Source: Chrysomallon squamiferum
Taxonomy: Eukaryota > Animalia > Mollusca
NCBI GenBank assembly: GCA_012295275.1
Contig: CM022665.1
Location: 24,862,001-24,926,000, forward strand
Reading direction: 5' to 3'
Length of the DNA: 64,000 nt
In this document: piece by piece, positions 25,383 through 38,052 of the stretch
How the letters are laid out: the number at the start of each line of letters is the position of its first letter
Position numbering within the stretch: the first letter of the stretch is position 1
Translations under genes and position numbers: made by a program
Notes under the pieces: model-generated
The model's input: the letters and a program-made list of their open reading frames with translations, nothing else
What the model was told of the DNA's origin: nothing
Database searches by the model: none

Positions 25383-27559
25383 TAATAATAATAATAATAA
25401 TACAACAACAAGAACGTGTATTAAAATAATTATGTGTGAAGAACAGCTTCATTAAAAGAACACAGAATCACTGTGTTACCAAACATTGAGATAAACTTGT
25501 AACTAAATACAGGCACATACATGCATACATACTTAGAGAGAAATGAAAATAAATTTGAGGAAGAAGTATACAGAGAAGAAACATGAAGATCAAGAAATAC
25601 TTAAATGAATAAAATAAAATAACAAAATAACAGTAAGTATAATAATAAATAACCAGAAATAAAGATTCCGACATATATAGGCACAGAGACACGTACGGGT
25701 TTCAACAGATATATATTCATATGTAAAAACTAATACATATATGCAAAGTCAAGAGAAACTTTTCAGTTTAAAACCGAAATTTCACAGAAACTTAATCAGT
25801 GTAAAACACACAGTCCACACGCTAACAATACTGAATGTGAAAAATGATACTCTTCTACGTGAGGTTTTGCCAAGAGTCTACGAAAACGTGAAAAGCATGT
25901 ACCTCGTGAACAACCACAACTGCACGTGCAAATAGGTTATAAAAATTATTTAACTAGTCTATGCACCGGAGACCTTTTATTACGATTTTTTTTTTTTTTT
26001 TTTGTTCTTGCACTGGGGCAAGTGGTGGTCGCAGTCACTTACCACTGAGCTTGAATTATTCAACATGTTTTCAGTGTGTTGTCCACGAAGTGAAACGTTT
26101 AATTTTGTTCCCCACATTACTTTAGTAAATTCTGGCGATATGATCAGATTTTGTATGATTATCATTTTGTAGTGTGTGTCTATTACGTTGACATTTTGAC
26201 TTTTTCAATACCGTTTACTTACTTCGTTCTCATATCTTTTATTGTTATTTAACTAGAGAGAGTTCAGTCTATGGCAAAGCTGGTACGTAAACCATAAATG
26301 CAAATAGACACAATGAAAATAATTACTACCCTTTTTATTACTGAATTTACTGTAGAACTTAGTTCGTAAGAATGGTCTGTTTCAATGAGCGCTTTGTGAA
26401 ATAAAATGAAATGAAGTATAAAAAGTAAAATATGAATTTTTTCTTATCTATTTATTTATTGTTTTTATTTTATTTATTCTTTTTTATTTTATTTATTTAT
26501 TTATTTATTTATTTTTTTTGTTAAAATTCACACCTAGAACGGGAAAAAGGTGTATTCTGAGTTTTAACTGATAAAATGCTTTTAAAAATTTTATTTGTTT
26601 GGCGTGGATGATCATATGACAACATGTCAGATGCATGGATATGTAAAATCCAGGTTTAATACAAGTTGCATGGGATAAATACCAATCTACAAAGCAAACC
26701 TTATAAGAATGCAGAAGTTAACAAACCGACATATAAAAATGAAATAAGTAAAAAAAAAAAAAAATAAACATAAAAAAAAATCTGACATTGATAGCAGTAG
26801 TAGCCGTAATAATAGTAGCAGTAACAGTAGTAGTAATAGTAGTATCATCAATAGTAGTAGTAGAGGGTTATTGTCGTTGTTATTGTTTTTGTTAATCGGA
26901 TCAGACCAATATATACAGCTTATGATGTGCTGCTTTCTAATTCACTACATTAATCAATGTTAAGAAATTCAGCATATCTTATATTTAGATACTCAGTTCC
27001 ATATACTTATACACGTATAAATATATACATACGCACATATATAAATACAGAGTGATATACATAAGTATACATTTATACACATAAATACATACATACAAAG
27101 AGAAACGTACGGATCTAACTACCTCCGTATATGTACATATCATATGTATGACGATTATATATATACGATTACATACATACGACGATACATACATACTATA
27201 TGCAAACTACACACATATATCCATACAAAGACCATCGGATGTGGAACGGTTCAATACTCGATTAACTTGAATATAGACCTGAAAAACTGTGAAAAGTTGA
27301 GTTCGAATCTCGAAGGAGATTAAGATATAAAAAATAATGTTTCATGAAGAAATTATGAACCTTAACTATGAGTAATTACGAAATTTAATGTTTATTGTCA
27401 GTCAACGATTTTAGGGGGAGAGGAACGTGAGAACCAGCCTGTGTTTAATTTAGACCACAAATACGAGAACTTGCAAAATTTTAAATTCTTTACTTTTATT
27501 TTATTATTTTTATTCTTATTCTTATTGTTGTTATGGTTGTTTGACAAGAAAATACACGA

Positions 27560-27875
27560 TCACCTCATTGAAAAATAACCTGGACCCCCATTTGCGATGA
27601 GGTCAATCTAAAGTTAAATTACTTAAAATAAAATCAATTATAATTTGATGAGGTCAACTGGTGACTTTGACTGAGGGCTATCGATTGGTTTACAAGATAC
27701 ATCTAGTATATATACGGCATGGGTGGCTATGGATGTTACGGCCTGGGTGGATATGGAATGTACGGAGGATATGGTATTGGTGGATACGGATATATAGGAT
27801 TTGGTTAATAATATTCAGCAGAATAGAAGAAAAATGAAACTGATTTTTAACCAGTTTATCTGTTAACTAAATAAA
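27560..27875 (+). pseudogene. Pseudogene A of the Gly/Tyr/Met family (internally deleted)
   Basis: An intact-looking promoter (two gatgaggtca, attgg, TATA ~27707) abuts coding remnant YGMGGYGCYGLGGYGMYGGYGIGGYGYIGFG* (27713-27808). An exon 3-like sequence and AATAAA (27870) follow. Exon 1, intron 1, the signal peptide and intron 2 are missing. Confidence 0.85.
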
Positions 27876-29708
27876 ATGCTTGAAAAAAAAAGAAGTGGTA
27901 TTTTGTGTTTATTTATTTAAAATAGAACGGTGAAATTACCGCCTTTGACATTACGAATGCGGAGAAACAGCGTTATAGTAAAGAAACAGAGAAAGCAGAC
28001 ACAATTATTATGCAGTTATCCAGAAGTGATGATATATCTCTGATAGAATATATATATACGTGCAGACATATATAAACAAACAGGCACAGGCACACGAACA
28101 CACACATAATATGTTCGTATACACATTTACATGAAAACAAAATTTTAGAAGAAAAGTCACAAGGAAATGTTGGTACAGGAAAAATATAATAATATAATAA
28201 TGCGTTAAATATATAGGCGAAAAACTTATTATACATACAGAGACACTTCTATTTGAACGCATTCACGCACTGATAATTATACAGACACAATTATGTTATA
28301 CGGTTCATCATCTGCAAGCAACACAGAAGATCACTGATACACACAAATGGGCATTATTATACTTGCACACAGGAATACAGTTAAACGATTTGACATATTG
28401 ATCATAATAATAATTATTATTATCACCAAGATGGTAGAAATCATTTAGTAAAAATTAATTGTTTCAAAAGACCAAAAAAAAAAAATATATATATATATAT
28501 AAAGTGCGGAAATTAAAATACATATGTTTATTGCTCTTTTAAAAGTTAGATTTGAAATGAGTTCATTTCTTGCTAGAACTGATTTTATATTTATTTTATT
28601 TTATTTTATTTATTTATTTAATTTTTATTTATTTATTTGATTATTTTTTTCTTCTGAATCAACAACAACAACAACAACAACAACAATAATAATAATAATA
28701 ATATTTTGATTGACCCCTTTTCGACACAATTGAATATAACCATAGCAATAATCGAAATAAATGAACGAATTTTCTGTTTTGACCGGAGCTCTTTAAAAAC
28801 ACTATAAACACAAAAGTCAGTATTGCCTCCTTTAATAATAGAAAGATCAGAAAAAAAAAAAGAGTGAGAACATGTAATTGAAAAATTGTAATTTGTTTTA
28901 GTTTTTAAATTGGAGATATCGATGTATAGGTCACCGAAAAATATTTATATATTAAAATACATTAAAAAAGATATTTTAAAAACTAATATAATAGCTACAC
29001 CTAAAAGAGTTATGAATAAATAAAATTTATTTAAGTAAGGTATACAGAAATGAAACGTTTCTAAATCAAGACAAACTCTAAACGAGACCTGAATACAGAA
29101 GGTTAATACGTTATGCAAAGATATTCAAGATCCTTATTTTCTAACATGAAAGCTTATCTCTATGTTTTAAAAAGGACACTGCATCAATATATGCTATATA
29201 AGTATAACATGAATATAGATCTTCAGTTCTATAATGTAAAATCAGATGCATATATACGTATAAACATAAACACACACATATGCATACGTTTTTATATACT
29301 CATAAATACACACACACGCATATACAACTGTATATAAACACAGATACACACAAACATATACATAGACATATAAATAAATAAAAGCATGAACACATACATA
29401 AATAGGTGTGAATCAGTATGTGTGTGTGTGTGTTTATGTCGGGATGTGAGTGTAATTGAGTCTCTATCATAACTTTCTGGTTGTCTCAAGCTTTGTCTAA
29501 AATGTTCGAGCCTTTACAGTTACCCTTCAATACTCCGCATAAATTTCTTCAATATTTATCATCATAATTACGATACAAATTAAACAGGGCAATTTCGATA
29601 ATTCGAATAGCATCCTCGGAGTTTCAGTCAACTCGAGTGCAATAAAAATTATATTATTGCCGCAGTGATACGAACTCGATATTTACCAGACATCACAAAA
29701 GACACTGT

Positions 29709-29970
29709 AGCGGATGGATCCAAGGCATCTAGACCCTCCCTCATATTTGAGAAGTGACCCTTTTAGTTTTTTTACAAATTTATCTAATGTTTATAAATTT
29801 CTGTCAGTGTATAGAACACTGTAGAATCCATCTGCCAGCGTCCTGTTGTAGCACTATTATATTATGGTCCATGTGAACTGTGTGTAATTTTTCAGTAGTG
29901 CCTTTTCAAAATGTTGTGATTCCCTTTTTGTCATGGACCCCCCTCATCAGAAAAGCTGAATCCACCCCAG
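29709..29970. mobile_element. Possible old non-autonomous DNA transposon (MITE, PIF/Harbinger-like ends)
   Basis: Imperfect terminal inverted repeats (cggatggatccaag ... ctgaatccacccc) resemble GGGGCGGATCCAG-type ends and enclose ~260 bp. Confidence 0.33.
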
Positions 29971-30429
29971 AGACATACAGTATCTGATACTAAACCTGCC
30001 TTAATTTACGAAACATTTCAGATTTAGGTTTGGCCCGAATTTTAAAATGACACAACAAAGTGTCTCTATTTCTGACTCGTACAAACACTTTATTAATTAG
30101 TAAACAAGATTAAAACAGTACATCCATCTGCCCTTGGCACTTCCCTTATCAACCGCTGTCTCAAGACCTTGAATTATAATTAATTATAAAATGAACTGTT
30201 TGTTGCCCGTGCAGGTGTTTGGGGCTACGACAAAAATCTTGAAAACCTTTTTTTTTTTTTTTTTTTTTTCTTTTTTTCTTTTTTTTTAAAGTTTGATTAA
30301 CAACACAAATTTATTTATTGTTACATATGCACTACTTATTTAGTTATTTGTTTTATTTTACTTTATTTCATTCATTTATTTGAAACGAACATATAAGTAA
30401 ATAGTTTTTACTGTAGTCTTTTTATGAGC

Positions 30430-30558
30430 ACCGACCACCTCAGTTGAAAATAACACAGACCCGGATCTGTTATAAGGTCAAGTTTTAAAATAAAATTAAT
30501 TAAAACTTGACCAGGTCAACTGCTGTTTTGTGATTGAGTACTGTCGACTGGAAACTAT

Positions 30559-30589
<31 letters not shown>

Positions 30590-31005
30590 TATTTTCAAAT
30601 ATTTAGAACCATACAGGCTGCTATTATCATTCTTTTTGCCTCTTACCTCTGCTGGCATGATGATGCCAAAGTACAGTTATGGAGGATACGGAATGGAAAG
30701 ATAAGGAGGGTAGGTAATGATAGGAGAATTCGGTGGTTGTTAATAAGAAATATACAAGTTAAAACACTATAATAAGAAAAGTTACATTGTATATATTATT
30801 TGTTTAAACTGGAGTAATTTGTCTTTTTTTTTTTTTTTTTTTTTCCCAATATATTTCATCCAACAGTTATTCTCAGATATTTTTAATTCAACAAATAATT
30901 CAAGAATGCATTAATAAAAATAAGTATATATTATTTTTACTTTCAGATTCCATTTATTGCAGGAAAGAAGATAATTGTTATCAGTGTAACTATTAACTGA
31001 ATAAA
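30430..31005 (+). pseudogene. Pseudogene B of the Gly/Tyr/Met family
   Basis: Promoter remnant (aggtca x2, tgattgagtactgtcgactgg) without TATA or exon 1. Acceptor mutated (ttttcaa) and ATGs lost. cctctgctggcatgatgatgcca is retained, with frameshifts and stops (30608-30743). An exon 3 remnant with AATAAA lies at ~30947-31005. Confidence 0.85.
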
Positions 31006-31195
31006 ATACTTGACAGCTTTAAGTCTGTTTTGTTTTTGCATCTTTAGAACACATTTTGAAATGATCCGATATGAAATATATTATACAGATGTATAAAGAG
31101 TAGGATATTTAAAACAAAAACTGAATTATAAACTGAGTTACCAAACATTAGTTTTATGTAATTTTTAACTGAAGAAAATGCTAGAAAAATACGGG

Positions 31196-31229
<34 letters not shown>

Positions 31230-31361
31230 ATTATTATAATTATTGTTATTATTTATAAAAATTTAAAATAAACGAAGAAAAGACTGTAAATTAGAATATG
31301 CATATCCGAGAAACAGATTTAATTCAAGCATCAAAGAAAACACATTCAATTACTTAAATAG

Positions 31362-31409
<48 letters not shown>

Positions 31410-31773
31410 ATCAACACTCACATACACATTAACACATACGTATGAAGACAATATAGAAACAAACCAGAAAAACCGAAAAGGAAATTATTAAAAAGAAATT
31501 AAATAAATAAATAAAATGTATGTGTGTGTTAAGTTAACTGTAATTATAGTAAATGTAATAGAGATTAATTTAATTCCGTATATCAGTTTACTGAAACATC
31601 TACAAGAATATAATGAGGAATATTATATGTATCTGTGTGTATGTGTTTGTATATATTATAATATATATATACATACACATATACATATACACATATACAT
31701 AGATACATATACGCATATACATAATGCATATACATATGCGCGCAGCTTAACTGGTACATTATTCACAAGCGCA

Positions 31774-31813
<40 letters not shown>

Positions 31814-32138
31814 CACTTGATAATTTGACTGTAATAAAATAACACTATCAAGAAGAAAAACGATTATAGAATCTATTTAGAAAAAATGGGCTATTTCATG
31901 AACAACAGTGTCATATCAACAGTTAAAATTCTTGTTTTTATCGTTCTACGTAAGTATCAACCAGGGTGACGTTGTGTTTGTTATGTGCGTTTGTGATAAC
32001 ACCATGATACATATTTTCATTTCTAGCACATCAACAATATTCATTACATTAATATCTATGACAAATCCAATACTAATTATAGAACAACATGTACTAAGAT
32101 AACTGTTACTACAGTTACACACACACACACACACGCAT

Positions 32139-32184
<46 letters not shown>

Positions 32185-32767
32185 TAATTTTATATATTCA
32201 CGTACAAAGTAATGCTTATTAGGTCACGAATTAAAAACTACATTTATAAACGAAAGTGAGATTCCATGCTATGTTTTATAATGCAGAAATAAATCAATAA
32301 TCTTATATAATTTATATGTTACAGAAAGGTGAGCAAGTGCGTTTGTGTTTCGGGTTTTATCCTACAGTCGTGTAACCTTTTATAAATATCTGTTTGAAAT
32401 CTCTTTCTATTAAGATAACATTTAGACAGATATAATTAATTAACAAGAGATGTCACAATGGTTTAACCTTCAGGAAAGTCGAGGGAGGGGTTTGAGGTGA
32501 ATCGGTAAAGTCAGTATAGTACAGTTAACGAAGAATCGTTTGGAATTTGACTGGATATTTTGGAAAGAAATCTGCTGTTACTGTTGTTGTTGCTGTGTTT
32601 CTGTTGTTGCAGCTTCTTTTGTTATTTTTGTTGTTATTATTATCATTGTTATTAGGGCTATTTTGTTGTTGTTATTTATTTACTTATTTATATTTATACT
32701 CATTTATTTATTTTTAATTATAACCCATGTTTTCATTCTTGACTATAGAGAAATAGGCTTATCCTAA

Positions 32768-32811
<44 letters not shown>

Positions 32812-32947
32812 CATTAAAAATAATAATAATAATAATAATAAAAAATATATCAATAAATAAAGATACAAATTTATGTTTTTTATTTCGTTTTTTCGTTTTT
32901 TATTATTTGTCTTTTTTGTCATTGTTGTTGTTATTTTTCTTTTTTTT

Positions 32948-32979
<32 letters not shown>

Positions 32980-33059
32980 CATTTGCAGTCATTATATCTA
33001 TCAGAAACAACAGATCACTCTTCATCGCTGCTCCTGTTAGTATATATCCCGTTCTAGTC

Positions 33060-33495
33060 GGTGTTCCTTACCTTGCCATACGAATTCCATGGTATATGTT
33101 TTATGTCTACAGAAAGATGTATAGTAAAGGTTCCTTGCTGCAAAGCGAGAAAAACAGACCACCGTGCAATTACATCGGCATTTTTCTCTCATAAACTAAT
33201 GTAGTTCACAGCCATATTTATGACGTCAAATAATTACACAGAATAAAAATATAACTGTATCGTTAAATGATATATTTCTTCCTTCCTTTAAATTTATGTC
33301 TGTTTTGATGGCCTGTAGGATGATACATATAAAAAATCGCTTGCTATAAACGGATCAGGGTAATCTATTGTGTGGCGACATCGGATTTCCCTTTTCGAAC
33401 CATTATTAGACACATAACAATACACTTGACACCAAATAACCGTTAACAGAGAAATATGTCTCGAGGTATCATTAAATAAATATTCATTCGTTTAT
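33060..33495 (+). mobile_element. Two adjacent degenerate tRNA-derived SINE bodies (Meta/MESC-domain type)
   Basis: catggtatatgttttatgtctacagaaagatgtatagtaaaggttccttgctgc and ctgtaggatgatacatataaaaaatcgcttgct resemble the Meta domain as recalled (GTGGTATGTGCTATCCTGTCTGTGGGATGGTGCATATAAAAGATCCCTTGCTG). Both end in an ttaaat..(ttcc/ttca) tail. Confidence 0.55.
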
Positions 33496-34435
33496 TCTGT
33501 ATTTTAAACCAGCTGTGAAATCGAATTCCAAGATTCACAAATTTATTTCAGTTATATTTATTATTTTATACATTATTATTATTATTATTATCAGCATCAC
33601 TTCTACTATTACAACAACAACAACTTCTGCTACTGCTACTACTTTATTTATTTATTTATTTATTTATTACATTTGTTTTTCTTTTCATTTTAATATGTGG
33701 GTATATTAATTTAAGTATCCTTTTACTTTGTAGCTGTGTATATATTCAATGCTGATTTTATTAAAGCTGGATTTCACAGATCCATACATATGATATGTTG
33801 CTATATTATCTTTCAGTGGTTAAAACCCAGTTAGAATAATCTACAGTTTTCGTTATAGGTGTGAATTCTCACAGAATTTGCTTATTTTTATTTATTTATT
33901 TAGTTTCATTTTCATATCTTTAGTTATAGGTTTATCTTAGTTTTTGTAACCTAATTAGTGACTGTATTCTTTATAATGAAGCGGTTCTTCACTCATAATC
34001 CATCTCAAACACGGTTGTCTGTTTTTGTTGTTTTTTGGTTTTGTTTTATTGTAAATTATAAATAAGCAAACAAAAACTATCATATTTTCTTAAGTACTTT
34101 ATTCAGTTAATAGCTGCACTGGTTAAAACCAGTTACAGTTATCTTCTTTTCGGTTGTACACTGTGTGGATTCTGAAAGAAAACAAATAGACTCTTTTTCA
34201 TTCGTGTGTTTATGATTTATTTCTAATTATCTGCGACCGATTTCTGGATGTAGAAGAACATTTTATATTTTATAATGATATTAATGTGTTATCTCTAGAT
34301 TAGAAATATGTGCGTCTGACTTGTAGATGAAGTAAATTTAGAAATTAAAGAAATACACTGATTTTAAAATTTAACAAAAACCAAGCACTGACGAAGATTA
34401 CTTTCTTGTTATAATTTTAACTTACATGTACATTA

Positions 34436-34834
34436 TTAACGTCCGTATATGCCACCACGCATCATGCCACCAGCCATCATGCCACCAGCCATCATGCCAC
34501 CTCCCATCACGCCACCTCCCATCACGCCACCTCCCATCACGCCACCTCCCATAATGCCACCTGCCATCATACCACCTCCCATCATGCCACCTGCCATCAT
34601 ACCTCCGTATCCTCCGTATCCTCCGTATCCCCCATATCCGCCATATGCTCCGAGAGATAAACCTCCCATTCCGAATCCTCCATATCCGTATCCTCCCATG
34701 CCGTATCCCCCCATTCCATATCCTCCATATCCTCCCATACCGTAGCCTCCATATCCACCGTACATTGGCATCATCATGCCAGCAGAGGCAAGAGTCAAAC
34801 AGGCAAGAAGAACGATGATAACAGCCTTCATCAT
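34436..34834 (-). CDS. Secreted Gly/Tyr/Met-rich protein, gene 8 (132 aa, inverted; same protein as gene 7)
   Basis: Intact ORF. Intron 1 donor at 34998, TATA ~35072-35079, TGAGGTCA box ~35130-35140, exon 3 and AATAAA at ~34097-34171. Confidence 0.94.
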   Translation of the reverse strand: MMKAVIIVLLACLTLASAGMMMPMYGGYGGYGMGGYGGYGMGGYGMGGYGYGGFGMGGLSLGAYGGYGGYGGYGGYGGMMAGGMMGGGMMAGGIMGGGVMGGGVMGGGVMGGGMMAGGMMAGGMMRGGIYGR

Positions 34835-35149
34835 TTTGAAAATCTGGAGATGAAGAAATAAAAATTAAATTATTTTAAATTAAATTAAATTAAATTAAAT
34901 TAAATTAAATTGAACAAATAAATAAATAAACAAATAAAATATAATAAAATTAAAAAAGAGAGATAATTTACCGTATATAAATAACAAGAAATACTTACCA
35001 ACAGTGGTAGAGAGGAAATGTTCAAGTGATAGTCAGTTTTGAAGTGATACTAAGAAGCATCTATCTACCTCTATATATACTAAATGTATCTTGTATCCAA
35101 TCGACAGTCCTCAATCAGAAGTCATCACTTGACCTCATCAGATGATCTT

Positions 35150-35724
35150 TTTTTTAATAATTTGACTTTAAATTGACCTCAGCCAATGAGGCGATGAAGT
35201 TCGAAGAAAGACTATATATATATATATTTGTATTTGTTATTTATATATATTTGTTATTATTATAATTTGTTATTATTATTTTTTTCTGATCAGATGTTTT
35301 TATTTAAAAATAAATGAATTAATAAATAAAGAATTTAAATTTTTTTAAAGTTTTGTATATGTGGGTCTACGTTAAACAGGCTGGTTTCAAGTTCTTCCTT
35401 ACCTAAAATCCTTGATGGGACAATAAACATTACATTTCGTAATTACTCATAATTAACGTTCGTAATCTATTCATGAAATATTATTTTTTATATCTTAATC
35501 TCCTTCGAGATTCAGTGTCATCTTTTGTCAGACTTTCAGGTGGAGATTCAAGATGATCGAGTATCGATCCGTTCCATTTTCGAGGGTCACTGTATAGGTG
35601 TGTGGGTATTACGTATATAGTATCATTATGTAATTGTCGTATATATGATGTGAATAAGTATGGAGGTAGTAACGTTTAGCTATTTATGTTTGTATGCATC
35701 TACTTCTGTATAACCGTGTGTATT

Positions 35725-35759
<35 letters not shown>

Positions 35760-35900
35760 GTGTTTATACGTGTATAAGTATATGGAACTGGATATCTAGA
35801 TATAAGATCAATTGAATTTCTTGACATTGATTAATGTTGTGAATTAGCAAGCAGAACATTTTAAGTTATCTATGCTGGTTTGATGCGATTAACAGCAAAC
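35150..35900 (-). repeat. Diverged inverted duplicate of 26880-27650 (upstream region of pseudogene A)
   Basis: Shared blocks in reverse complement: cagttccatatacttatacacgtataaa, gaatctcgaaggagattaagatataaaaaataat, gagtaattacgaaat, aaccagcctgt. Many mismatches lie between the blocks. Confidence 0.85.
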
Positions 35901-35952
<52 letters not shown>

Positions 35953-36884
35953 CTACTATTACTACTATTACTACTACTACTGCTACTATTACAACTACTA
36001 CTACCAATACTACTACTATTACTACTATTACTACTAATACTAAAAATAATAATAATAATAAATACTGCTATTACTACTATTAGTACTACTACTACTATTA
36101 ATAATAATTATAAAAAAAAAAAAAAAAAAACATATGTATAAATAAATAAATAAATAGTATTAATGGTTGGTTTTGTGGTGTAGAATATGGATCAAGAATA
36201 TCTACGTGTTGTTATTATGTGACTTAGTTTTGTATTCAGGTCTTCGATTAGACCGTGTTAAAGTTTGTTTTGTTTTAGAAAGATTATTTTCCTGCAAAAA
36301 CGAAAGAAAGAGAATGACAACAGATTCCTGTATAAACTCTTCTTTGTGATTACCTCATCTGAATGAAATTCAAAAATACAACAGTAAGGAAAAAAAAAAA
36401 AAAAGAACCTACAGATAAGCATGTATGAAACTAAACCTATATTTCTAGACTAAATCAGAATATTGTCAGAAGATGTTGTGACATGCTTATTAAGAGAAAA
36501 ATGTAATGTCCTTTCTACTAAAGAAAGAAATAATAAATGCCAAGATTAATTTCTATGAAGAGCACGCTTCAACAGGTTACAATATAAAAACAGTGGAATG
36601 ACGTCACAGCTTGTTATAAACGGAACAGAGACAGAGTCGGTGAATGGCGTATAATATCCAACTTTCATATCCATTTTTTCTTTTACATGACATAGGACTC
36701 CGAGTGGGAAAACAATTCATACATACGTGTATGTGAGTGCACGCTGTTTTTTGTGTGTGTGTGTGTGTGTGTTTCTGTGTGGGTTTTTTTGTGCTACATA
36801 ACTGCTTAGAAACATTATGAACGTAGAAATACTATCACTACAAAGTCGGCTCGTTTTTCATAGATAAAAATACATATACTTAAA

Positions 36885-36921
<37 letters not shown>

Positions 36922-38052
36922 ATTACTATTCTTCATCTTCTTCTTCTTCTTCTTCTTCTTATTATTATTATTGCTGTTGTTATTATTTGGACTGTTATCA
37001 TTATTATATAAATACACTGCCAAACTTAAAAAAAAAAAAAAAAACCTCAGAAAATCACAGTTAATATAATCTTTGTAATGATTTCCACGGAATTCTAGAA
37101 ATAAAATAATTTGAAATTTGACTTCTAGCAGAACAATAGATATACAAATTTTAATTTCCGCACCCGGTGTCTATTTTTAAGCTGGTCTTTTGGAATAATT
37201 CATTTTCACAAAATGAGTTCTTAATACATAGCTTCTGCATATGTAATGCTAACATTATGATCAAGTTTTGAAAGCATTTAACGGTTTCTGTTTATATGCG
37301 TTTATCAAGACAGTCATCCAGTGAGGCTGTACTGACTGTATTAGTGTGAGTGTTGATGCGGATATTGCATATATCTGTGAGTAAAGGTATGTCGATGTGT
37401 GTTAGTGTTAGCGTTTCTACATGCACAAACGTTTGTCTCGGATACATTTGTCACAATTTCAATTTCTCTGTCTCTTTTTTCCTTCTTTATTTTTCATTTT
37501 TGTTTCTTTCTTTTCTTATTTATTTTTGTTTTGTTTAATTCGATTAACCTATCTCTTTGTCACCTTGTAAATTGTCTTTAAAGACTTTATGTTCAGGAGT
37601 AATGAGTGTGTGTGTGTATAATGTTAAGTGTGCGTGCGTGTGTGAGTGGGTGTTTTGCAAACTATATTATAATTATAACTGCATGTTTTATCAGTAATTA
37701 TTGCATCTTTTGAAATAAACAAAAGCAAAATCTTGTATTATACAATATTTTATTTAGTTAATTAATAACCCAATAACAATAATCTTCTTTTCTCTGCCAC
37801 ATCAATGTTGATTTCTGAAAGTGAAGCAAATATACTCGTTTTGTTGACATATTTTTTCTGTCAGTTATAAAAATAATTTATGAATGGAAATATATTCTGT
37901 AAGTTAGGATTTAAAACAAAAATAAAATTATATATTTTCTGTTCTTGCGAATGTAGATTAAGGTCGAGATACATAACAATCTAAATAACGAAGCACATAA
38001 AAATATTCATGAAAGGTACTTTTAAATAACATTTCAACTTACATGTTGATTA

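Larger units (their letters stand above)
6551..26867 (+). repeat. Tandem segmental array, ~3.6-kb unit, about 5.6 copies, near-identical
   Basis: ATGs at 6560, 10121, 13704, 17319, 20915 and 24519 (spacings 3561-3615). Spacer ORFs recur verbatim. Differences are mostly homopolymer or microsatellite length. Similarity starts at the exon 2 acceptor of gene 2 and stops in the (AGT)n tract at ~26867. Confidence 0.97.

Noticed and set aside
6551-26867. CRISPR-like or other prokaryotic repeat system
   Set aside because: The DNA is eukaryotic with spliceosomal introns. The repeats are whole gene units with no unique spacers and no cas genes.
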